From contig CM106586.1 in the NCBI GenBank assembly GCA_048013815.1, forward strand, positions 13,082,001 through 13,146,000: DNA of 64,000 bases. The letters are read 5' to 3'. The stretch is from Setoptus koraiensis (Eukaryota; Animalia; Arthropoda). Shown one piece after another: positions 28,268 through 41,713 of the stretch. The first letter of the stretch is position 1. Each line of letters starts with the position of its first letter. Both the position numbers and the translations under genes were made by a program. The notes beneath the pieces are model-generated. The model had not been told where the DNA came from. It was given only the letters and a program-made list of their open reading frames with translations, and searched no databases.

Positions 28268-28436
28268 GTAAGTGCTGGCTCTGTCTTATTTTAATCGTTA
28301 TTTTCATTGTTATTTTCATCCGGCAGCGTGACAATTTTGACTAATTTTGACAATTTGTCTCTATCGTGATCGTGATCACAATAATTAATTGTCTCTATCA
28401 TAATCTGTTAATAATCTCAATAATTGGCAATCACAG

Positions 28437-28688
28437 CCGCCCAGCCAGAACCCGGTGATGCGGTGCAACAAGGAACGACTGCGCAACAAACAGGCGGGCG
28501 ACGTGGACAGCGGCATCAGGGGCGCCGGCGATTTCAATTTGGAGAATCTGCGCAAACTGTGCGATTATCCCGAAAAGTGGATAGAATTTGAGCATTGTGT
28601 GTTGAGCAAATTTCGCAACAACGACGATTTTGTTTTGTATCAGGACACCGTGCAGAAGGCGCGACTCATACTGAGCCCGAACTCGTGA
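28437..28688 (+). CDS. Secreted His-rich orphan protein, exon 3 (Cys-containing C-terminal domain)
   Basis: AATCACAG| acceptor, in frame PPSQNPVMRCNKERL...ARLILSPNS-stop; spliced CDS 810 nt (269 aa) without frame conflict; 169-nt intron. Confidence 0.85.
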   Translation, partial: PPSQNPVMRCNKERLRNKQAGDVDSGIRGAGDFNLENLRKLCDYPEKWIEFEHCVLSKFRNNDDFVLYQDTVQKARLILSPNS

Positions 28689-29237
28689 ACAGCAACTCGC
28701 TCGACGACAACAGCAACAACGACACCAGCAACGACAACAACAACAACGACAACAACAACGACAAACAACCAGTGACAACAACAGTGATCGAGTCAACAGC
28801 GATGGCGACAATTATCTTGAATTCGGTGGTTGCCTCAATGGCTGGCAAGCACAACGAACGAGCCAGCAAGTTGCTGCTCGTTGATGCCGGCAAAGTTGGC
28901 AAAGTTGGCAAAGTTGCAAGAGCGAGCGAACAGATAAATTAATTAATTATTAAAAGTGATCAACAACTCAATCGATGCAAGTTTAACAAGTTAGCTGACA
29001 CACGCTGCTAATGGCTGGTGACATATGCGTCGAGCCGGCTCATCCATTAGGCGCGTTAGTTTGAGTTCAAGGTCGACCTATTAGTCAACTGACAAACAAA
29101 CCAACTAACAACAATAATGACGACTTTATCAATTGTAGGCGTCACATTGATTGACTGCCGCTGGCTTTTTGCCTAAAATGCTAAAATTGGCCAATTAAAA
29201 TGGAGCTTCTTTTTGTCGCAAGTGCAAACAATCACGT

Positions 29238-29628
29238 ATGCAAATTGTCGCAATCTGGACAGGTGAGGCTCGGGTGTGTCGTCGATAAACAGAGCGTGTT
29301 GTAAGCTTGACTCTCGGATCTGTCGGAATTCGAATCAGAATCCGAATATCGGACAACAAGACTTGTCTGCGCACTTGTTCTCTGTCACTTGTTCTCTGTC
29401 ACTTGTTGTCTTGTGTGATCTGCAGGGCACACGGGCAAAACTTTTTCGGGAATTGTCTGCGGCAGACGGCAGGGGAGAAGTGTCTCCCACGAGCACTATT
29501 CACCGGTGATTGTTCAGAAGAGGTTCTTCGGGAGCACTCCCTCTGAAGGAGTAGTGATCGGGGGAGGTGAGGAGGTGTTCTGCCCCCTTCAGAAGGAGCT
29601 CTGGCTTGAATCGGGCGCCAAAAAGTAA
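29238..29628 (+). CDS. Candidate small two-exon gene (75 aa; reading frame uncertain)
   Basis: CAG|GTGAGG donor at 29263, pyrimidine-rich TGCAG| acceptor at 29425, 163-nt intron; ATG 29238 gives MQIVAIWTG|HTGKTF...FCPLQKELWLESGAKK-stop. An alternative ATG at 29200 gives a 48-aa product. Confidence 0.3.
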
Positions 29629-29839
29629 CCGGGCCGGGCAGAAGCGGAAGCTGAAAAGAACGAGCAACTCCCACGCGAAATTAATTACATCAGTCCGATG
29701 TTGTTAGAGGCAAAATTAAATTTAGCGGACGATAATTTTAGTATTTTGGCGCCGATGATTGTGACCTGTGAGTTGGCCAATGAAGGGCCAACGGGGGCCA
29801 AATAGGAGGCATTCGTCAGTCACTAGTGGCGTGATAAGC

Positions 29840-29929
29840 GGCCAATTTAGGCCAATTCAGGCCAATTGAGGCCAACTTGGGCCAATTCAGGCCAATTCAG
29901 GCCAATTAAGGCCAACTTAGGCCAATGAG
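29840..29929. repeat. 10-bp GGCCAAT array, 9 units
   Basis: GGCCAATTYA-type units; units 4 and 8 are GGCCAACTT variants. Confidence 0.92.
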
Positions 29930-30836
29930 AGTTGTTGAGCGGCCGTTAATTATGCATATAGCAGTCATATCGAGCTGATTGGTTGTTGTCGACACGGATT
30001 AGGCGGGCCCAAATCGGGCCGGTTGATCATGATTGAAAATGATTACGATTTAAAATGGGCGCTTATTGTGTGGCGTCGTGCGTGTGTGCCGGTCAAATTT
30101 GAGTCTAATTTGTTATGCGCATTGTCTAATTACAAAGGTCGGCCCAAACGGATATGTGGATAGGAGCGAGCAGCCGTACATGTGCCGCAGTGTGGATGCT
30201 GCCATTATGATGCCGATTTGCTGATGAGCTCTCAGGTTTCTCTGTTTGTCTGGCATGTCAAATGGAATGGGCGATCAATACGTTTGTAGTGAGAGGTATC
30301 AAGTTACTATTGTTGGCAACGTTACATAATAATATTACACAATTGCTATGCCAGTCGCTATGCAAATGGGAGTGCAATGAATTTTTTGTGTTACATCATT
30401 GGCTCTAATGGAAGCGGACGAGCGTGTGACAATTTCACATGACTGGCGCATGGGTTACGTAAGTTTATTTGTGGCTGTTATGTGAGTTGGTTGCCATTGT
30501 GGCCGCCATCACATTATAAACAAGCGACAGTGGACAAATTGTTGTCGCTGTGCTTTGTTTTGATTGTCAGTCTCACATTGGTTGTCGTTATTTGTTTTGT
30601 TTGCGCGCCTCTCGGCGACTGCTCGCCGAGCCGCAGTCTTGTCGCCCTTTGCCATTTGTTATAATTGCGTGTGAATACGACACTAATATGATTAATTAAT
30701 TAGCGACAGCACACAGCCACAACCACAAACAACACACACACAAACAAACACTGATTCATAGCAACTGGGTCATTGTGAGAATGTCCTGGGCTCGACTCTC
30801 GCCGTTGCGTCGTCCTCGTTGATTGTGTCTTTTTGT

Positions 30837-30943
30837 CGTTGTTGCTGTCGTTGTCGTTGTTGTTGTTGTTGTTGCTGTTGCTGCTGTTGTTGCTGCTGTT
30901 GTTGTTGCTGTTGCTGCTGTTGTTGCTGCTGCTGTTGTTGTTG
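30837..30943. repeat. Compound (TTG/CTG)n microsatellite
   Basis: About 35 uninterrupted TTG/CTG/TCG triplets. Confidence 0.95.
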
Positions 30944-32408
30944 TGCGCCATCAGCAACAACAAAACACATCTATTGTCCATCGTCCGTTTATGCGACAAC
31001 TTGAGTGGCGCAACTCGCTCGAGATGCGACACTTGACTCGACAACAGATACAGTTTCACACAACGAACGCATCACTTCACCATCTCACCATTTCGTCTCA
31101 TCGGCGGCCCAAAGCTTCGTGCCCATCCGCTCGTCGGCCCAGTCGGCTGTGCCCGGTCAGCTGTCCCGAGTCACTTGTCACCAGCCGGCTGGCCAGTATT
31201 TTATTATGTCATGTATGATATAACTAAGCCAAATGACACTTATTATGCACCACATTATTATGTACGACGATTATTTCTGGCGTGCATAATACGCCATTGA
31301 CGCCCCCGCTAGGTGAACACCAATCACTGTGGCGCTACTAGCGCTGGTCAGTGGCTGACTGACCAGCACTAGTAGTTCGTCGCCAGCATAGATGGCGCTG
31401 CTCTGGCGGGCCCAAGCACCGGTGTATCGGCACTATTGACTCAATAGTGGCGCGCCTAGTTTCATTATAATCATTCTGGAGTCTATAAATATATAGATAT
31501 ATAACTGCATATTTATATCTTTGTATATTTACATATTGTCACAGATGATTCATTGATCGAGCGAGAGCTCTGACTTGTGAGAGCGAGTAATTATTTGCCG
31601 ACTGTCATTGGCGACAGTGCGCGACTAGAGTGCGCGATTTGAGCCTCACAAGCGGCACAAAATAATGGCCGAAAAAAGAAAACGAACGCCAGAAAAACAA
31701 ACTGTCAAGCTCGCCAACGAAGCTCGCCAGTGGCCGTGTGAGCCCTGACAAGTGACTTGTGAGCCAAGATGGGCGAACAAGGCGAACAAAGGCCAACGTG
31801 TCCAGTGTAATTATAGGCGCAGGTAATTATTGTGTGTCGCTCCAGTTCGATCTGTGTCTACTGTGGCTGCCGAACTTGCCACGACGACTCGCCACTTTTA
31901 TAGGCCAGCTCGCCGAGGCCAACAACCAGTAACTCACCTATGCGACGCCCACACACAACTGTTGTTTGGGCGGTTGTTAGCACCAGAGTTGGTCGTCGCT
32001 GGCGTCTCAAATTGATTGGCCAGTTATTATAATGGCCACTCATTTATCTGGACTATCTCTGACAGTGTCACAGTGACAGGACAATTTGGTGCGCCGACGT
32101 CACGCTTGCGTCGCGTCGCCGTCGCTTGCAGCGCCGCTCAGCGGTTGCCTAGTGTGTGTCGGCGTGTGTGTCGGTGTGAGTGTCGGCGTGATAGTCGGTG
32201 TGTGTGTCGGCGTGTGTGTCGGTATGTGGCGCTGTTGGCCAGTTGCGCCAGTTGGCCAGTCGCCGACAACAAACAGGCGGCAGACGCAAACAACAAATGA
32301 CATAATCAGCTCGGTTCGGTTGCTCGGCTTTTGTCGCGTTTGCTCAACTTGGCTCGGCTCGCTGAGCCAAGCCGGCTCATTGAGAATTGCCGCCGAGCGG
32401 CGCGCCAA

Positions 32409-32590
32409 TCTGAGCATCTAAGAATCTGAGCATCTAAGAATCTGAGCATCTAAGAATCTGAGCATCTGAGCGTCTGAGAATCGAAGAATCGAAGAATCTG
32501 AGCATCGAAGAATCCGAGAATCGAAGAATCTGAGCATCGAAGAATCCGAGAATCGAAGAATCTGAGAATCGAAGAACCTGAGCATGGCCG
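32409..32590. repeat. 8/16-bp hierarchical minisatellite
   Basis: GAATCTGAGCATCTAA x3 grading into GAATCGAA/GAATCTGA/GCATCGAA 8-mers. Confidence 0.9.
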
Positions 32591-33039
32591 TTCTTAGATT
32601 CTTGGATCGGCCACTGCAGAGCCAATGGCTGAGTCGCCACAGTCGTCCGGCGTGTATTAGCAGCGATATTGGTGGCAGTGATTCATTTGCAATTAATTCA
32701 AGTGTCTGAGAGGCACGCACTGGAAGCGACTACCGACCGGCCGACCCGTCGACCCGCCAACTGCCGCCTCGAGAGCCACTTGTGTCGCTTCGTTTTGCTC
32801 TTGTGCGCGCTTCTTTGTTGGCTGCTCGGTTTCTCAATTATCTGTTTGCTGTTTGCGCTAATTCATACATGTATCGGCTGCCTGTGTGTCGCGTCGCCAG
32901 GTATCACGTTGTCAGGGCGACCAGGTAGGTCATTGACTCGGCAGCAGCGACAACAGCGACCACGACGACAAAACTATAGGGACAGATTACTTAAGTTGAC
33001 TACAGTCGTTACTCGCTCATACTATTATTGTGAGCCTTT

Positions 33040-33041
<2 letters not shown>

Positions 33042-33081
<40 letters not shown>

Positions 33082-33146
33082 GCTGCTGCTGTTGTTGTTG
33101 TTGTGGTTGCTGTTGTTGTTGTGGTTGCTGCTGTCGTTGTGGTTGC
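33042..33146. repeat. (TTG/CTG)n microsatellite
   Basis: Long TTG run with CTG/TGG variants. Confidence 0.95.
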
Positions 33147-36086
33147 AATACCAATAATGTCAGCCAACAAACAACTTTTTGTTCCTATCAAACTGCTGCT
33201 ATCAAAGTATCGCTATCAAAGTATCGCCATCAAACAAGTGGCCAGCGATGTGTCCACGACACACGATTGTTGATTATTGTTGATGACGTGGAACGTATTC
33301 GCTGGTCTATAGGTATACATATACACACCATTAATAGATGCGACAGTCTAATGCGACAAGCGAGCGATTCTCGGCAAGGAATGTGCGTGTGTCACCGAAG
33401 CAATTCTTGTCCGGCTCTGTTCTTTATAGGCCAACTTCTTGACACACACACACACAATTCGAGTAGGATACGCGATAAACATAACAAGCCATCGAGCCAG
33501 TATGAGCCGGCTAAATGAGCCAGCAAGACATAACATAAGTAAACAAGTGACATTGTCCAGCTTGTCACAATCAGCTGATCGGTTTGGCCACATTATTTGC
33601 ACTTGTGTGTCACATGAGCGCTTGTTTTGGTTGTTTGGCTGTTTGGTTGTTTGGCTGTTTGGCCGTTTGGCTGTTTGGCTGTTTGGCTAGCTGGCAGCTG
33701 ACAGTGCGAGCCAGTGAGCATTAGTGATGGTCAGTTGTGCGTCTCTGCGAACTGGCGCGATTGCATCGCCGAATCCGTCGTCTCCAATTCGATTGAGCGG
33801 CCAAAGAGCCCAAAGAGCGAGCCGAGAGAAGAATGCGTAATCGCTGCCAATGCCGATATCGCCACACTGCAGATATCGGCACTATCTGGCCACTATCTGC
33901 AGTGCCGGCAGATGCCGGGCCAGATATGGAGGGCGAGCTTTTGGCTGTTTTTGTGGACATTTTTGTCAACTTGGCAACGGCGACAGCCAGTGCAAGTATC
34001 GACACAAATAAGACAAGTTCCTGTTCTTTATCGCAACTCGTCATCTGTTTTTCGGCGGCGAGCGTCTCCAATTTGCATATTACTCACCAATGGCCACTCG
34101 CTGGCCAGCCACATATCTTGATACATTGCGCCTTACTGCGTTATCTGGCTGCTCAAGCCAGATAACGTAATTCTAATGGCACCGGCCGCTAATGTAGTCC
34201 GTCATAAGTACCCAGTGGACAACGCGAACCAATCAAGCGCGCAATAATTATTAGCCGTTTTATTTGACGTCCATGCCTATTTATTATTGGCCCATGATGC
34301 CCATGATGCCCATGATGCAACCTTGCGTAATGTTGTTTGTTTGCACTGGCTACCAAACTGGCCGCACTGGCCAAAATGGCCGCACTGGCCAGCACTGGCC
34401 AGTGATGGCCAATGATGGCCAGTGATGGCCAGTGATGGAGCCATGGTGAATCACCAATGGGCCACAGCCATAAAAAGTCGGCCGCATCGTGAGTAGCCAA
34501 GCGGCCGAGCCAACCAACCTAGACCGAGCGCATAAATAGAGATAAAATCGGCCAACCAAACAGTGTTGCACTGCTAATCGAATGCGCTGCCATCATTTTA
34601 TCATTTGCTGCCAATTGACGGGCTAGCTCGACGGCCGCGTAGCGGCCAGATAAGCGAACACTGCCCATGCTGCAGTGATTCAATCACTGTGATTGAGACG
34701 CCAGAGAATCGAGAATCAAACACTGTGAAAATAGACTTGAACGAAGATGCTCGAGTAACGACAAACGACACCCGAACCAACCCACCAATCGTAGTTATAT
34801 ATTTGTGATACTTTGTTGCATGTTTCGCGACAAACAAGTTAATTATTAATTATTTTCTTTGCTTTAATATTTGCTCTAATATAATTGTAATTATAATAGT
34901 GTAATTTAATAATGAGATATCTAGTGTGTGTGTGTGTAATAAGAGATAAGCCTGAAATGTAGCTAGCTGTGAGATATAGCTGGGGATGTTGTCGTTTGTG
35001 GGGCATTGTTGAGATTAACTGAGATGATGATAATAAATAATAATGTTGCCTCTGTGCCTGTCTAGCTCGCTCTCTAATTGCAGCATTCATCATTTTAAAG
35101 TCACATAAAAGCCAATGGACAAACAGTGTCATGTTTGCCTTATATGATAATAGTAATAATAGTCATAATGGTAATAATGGTAATCATTGGTTTGAGCCTA
35201 TTTGAAAATAATTCCAAAATCAACGACGACTTGTGTCAGACAGTCTGTGTCGACTGTGCTGTTGTTTGTATGTTATTTGCATTGCCATTAGTCGCCGTTT
35301 TGTGCTTATATCGAGTCATCTTTTTGTTATATTTACGACTACAAAAGCTAATTTACATACATTACATATCATCACTATACATAGATACAAGTTATATATA
35401 TATATATTTGAATTATCCTGACGACGAGCGCCACTGTATAATGTGTGTCGAAGCGTCGTCTACAATGAACAGTGTGTTCCCCTTTCGTTGCTGCCATCGA
35501 GCAACTAAATCAATCTAGTAATACTGTCGTTGTTGTTGCTGCTGCTGTTGTTGTTGGCTTAAACACCAACCCCACCAGCGCCAACAGCGACACCAACAAC
35601 AACAAACAACAGCGCTTTGTTGCTTGATTGATTGCATAATGAATGTTTGTTGTATGTTGTATGGGGCTCACATACAATGCTTTGTATTATTATGCAATTC
35701 TATTGATTAATGCGCCCATCACCTTTTCACTAGATGTCGTTGCGCAACAACACACACACACACACAACAAGCCTTGTTGAACAAGGGACATTTTATTCCG
35801 CGATCCATTTTTTTATTTTTGTTTGTTTTCAGCGCAATACACACATATTACGCAATCGTGTCCGATAGTCTATATGGCTATTGGGCAAAACATTACGTAA
35901 CATATTACGTAACATATTACGCAACACATTACGTGACACATTGCGACACTTGCAATCAGATCGTTGCTAGTTGAGGGTCCCACGATGAGCCGTTTGTTTT
36001 TAACCATACTAGTACTGGCACTGTCCAGCATTGTTGTTCACGGATACTCTGTTGTTGCTGTTGTTTACATGTTGTTGAGTGAATGT

Positions 36087-36090
<4 letters not shown>

Positions 36091-36133
<43 letters not shown>
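36091..36133. repeat. (TG)n dinucleotide microsatellite
   Basis: More than 20 TG units. Confidence 0.95.
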
Positions 36134-36138
<5 letters not shown>

Positions 36139-36470
36139 TGTGTATGTGTCTCAATCATGTCGTGTCATTAAAATATAGGCTCCGATTCTGAGTTAATCAA
36201 CATTACGACAAATGGCCGATAGGTGTGCAATAAGCGCGCACAGGGGTGAAATGGGAGGGGTAAGGGGGGTCAATTAGTTATTCAGTTAGTCACTCAGTTA
36301 GTTATTGAGTTAATTATTCTGTTGCTCTAGTGGGCAGTGGCTGCACTAGTGAGACGTAAATACGAGCCGATTTAGCCCGCGTCGCTGTCTGTCATCGAGC
36401 TTGTCATGTAATGACATACAACATATGACAACAAAATGACAGTAACAGCAACAGCAACAACATCTAACAA

Positions 36471-36897
36471 CTACTTACCCTTTTTAGCCTGAGCCTTACT
36501 TTGCTTCCGGTCGAGATCTATGGCTTCGTCATGGAAGCTGTCATCGTCGTCATCCTCTTCGTTTTCGTCCTCTGTTACCTGTTCGTCGGGCGCCGCGCGC
36601 CTGCTGCCCATCATAGAGGCTAATGAGTTGTTTCTGGTGTCAACGTGAGGGGCGCCCACCACCGAGCTGCTGCGACTTATGGCGTCGTCGTCGTCGTCGA
36701 CATCGTCCACGTCGTCGTCGTCGTCGCTCATTAGGTCGGCCGCGTTCACCAGGCCCCCCATTAATGCATCAACGCTGCGATGGTGCCCAAATTGGGTAGC
36801 ATGCTGCTCGCCTATACCCTCGGCGCCGTCCATGTAGGCGCCAAATTCGCCCTCGTTGGACGAGTTACCGTCGCCGCCCTCAATGCCCATCTCGTAC
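36471..36897 (-). CDS. SoxD: SoxD copy 2, terminal exon (extended acidic tail)
   Basis: ACCAACAG| acceptor at 36898; RYEMGIEGGDGNSSNEGEFGAYMDGAEG... aligns with the copy 1 tail and continues about 55 aa further to KKGK-stop. Confidence 0.9.
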
Positions 36898-37181
36898 CTG
36901 TTGGTGCCCGCGTGCGGAGCGGAAATTTCATTGCGAGATTTCAATTTATGTCAATGGGGATTGGTCATGAAATGGTAATCGTTAACATGGGATTAGTTTC
37001 AAATCGATTCGGCTGGCGATGATTATCAGTTATCGCTTGATCTAACATCTAATGAGCCAATGCAAATTTATTGGACATTTTCTGGCCACACTATTTCGCA
37101 CATTGCAAACAAATAATGACAAAACAAATTTTATTTTGCGATTATTTTGCGATTGTCTACAGTCTATTGCGCAACACTCAC

Positions 37182-37368
37182 CTCTTTTTGCGCATCAGCA
37201 CCTTGTATTCGGAAATGCGCATCTTTTTGCCGTCCACTATGCAGGTCCGCTTCGGTCTGGGCCGATACCTGTAATCGGGATGCTTCTCCATGTGCACTTT
37301 GCTCAATCTAGACTGCTCCTCGTAGTAGGGCTGCTTCTCGGAGTTAGTCATGGCCTTCCACTTTTGGC
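37182..37368 (-). CDS. SoxD: SoxD copy 2, second half of HMG box
   Basis: 187-nt exon with the same splice phases as 1588-1774; 5 nucleotide differences, all silent. Confidence 0.96.
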
Positions 37369-37532
37369 CTGTTCACAGTTAATTAGTTGAGAATGGTTGT
37401 TAGTTGAGACACACAAATTGATTGAACACACAAATTGATCGAACACACAAATTAATCGAACACACAAATTAATCGAAGGGCCATTATCAGATGGCGACGA
37501 ATATTCACTCGTGAATAACGACATAATTATTA

Positions 37533-41342
<3,810 letters not shown>

Positions 41343-41470
41343 TCATTGGGCGATGGTTGTTGTTGTTGTTGGGGACGCATTGATTTGCGCAAATGTCGAC
41401 AAAACAAAGGGCGTGATTCAATTATTAGTACGGTTATAATTTCGATAATTTTGCATACAATTTTGAGTGT

Positions 41471-41566
41471 AATCTCGATAATTTCAAACGTAATTTCGAT
41501 AATTTCAAACGTAATTTCGATGATTTCGAACACAATTTCGAATGTAATTTTCGAAATTTCGAACGT
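41471..41566. repeat. AT-rich 21-bp (2 x about 10.5) degenerate array
   Basis: AATTTCGATAATTTCAAACGT repeated and decaying; absent at the equivalent position of copy 1. Confidence 0.8.
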
Positions 41567-41635
41567 GGTTGCACGGCGGTGATTGGCTGATTTGTGAGCG
41601 AAACGGTCGCGCGCCCAATCGAACGGTTGTTGGCG

Positions 41636-41713
41636 CTTATAGGTCTGAGCTGCGGCGCGACACGTGGAACGGCCAGACAAATATAGGATGAACAATGTAG
41701 ACGCAATTGTTGT
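41636..41713 (-). promoter_or_regulatory. Proximal promoter-like block conserved with copy 1
   Basis: 41678-41713 matches 5098-5133 at 34/36 nt; CACGTG at 41661-41666; TATAAG (minus) at 41641-41636, with spacing similar to copy 1. Confidence 0.5.

Noticed and set aside
29609-29621. TGGCGCCCGA (minus; also about 992-1001) resembling a tRNA-Lys primer-binding site
   Set aside because: No LTR end, no paired LTR and no gag/pol; GGCGCC words are common in the window.
30221-30240. CTGATGAG as a hammerhead ribozyme core (also 2707, 13137, 20781)
   Set aside because: No stem II followed by GAAA and no flanking helices.
30700-31059. Poly-Q/poly-N ORFs over microsatellites (also 33009-33518, 45014-45355, 50767-51165, 62221-62605)
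   Set aside because: Triplet repeats are open in all frames; no starts or splice sites tie them to genes.
33926-34165. ORF MEGELLAVFVDIFVNLATATASA... and the nearby acidic frame at 34660-34808
   Set aside because: Signal-like but with internal acidic residues; splice phases between the pieces are incompatible and there is no other support.
5134-36200. General abundance of AACAAT Sox motifs as regulatory evidence
   Set aside because: The CAA-rich background generates the motif often; only conserved or palindromic instances were kept.
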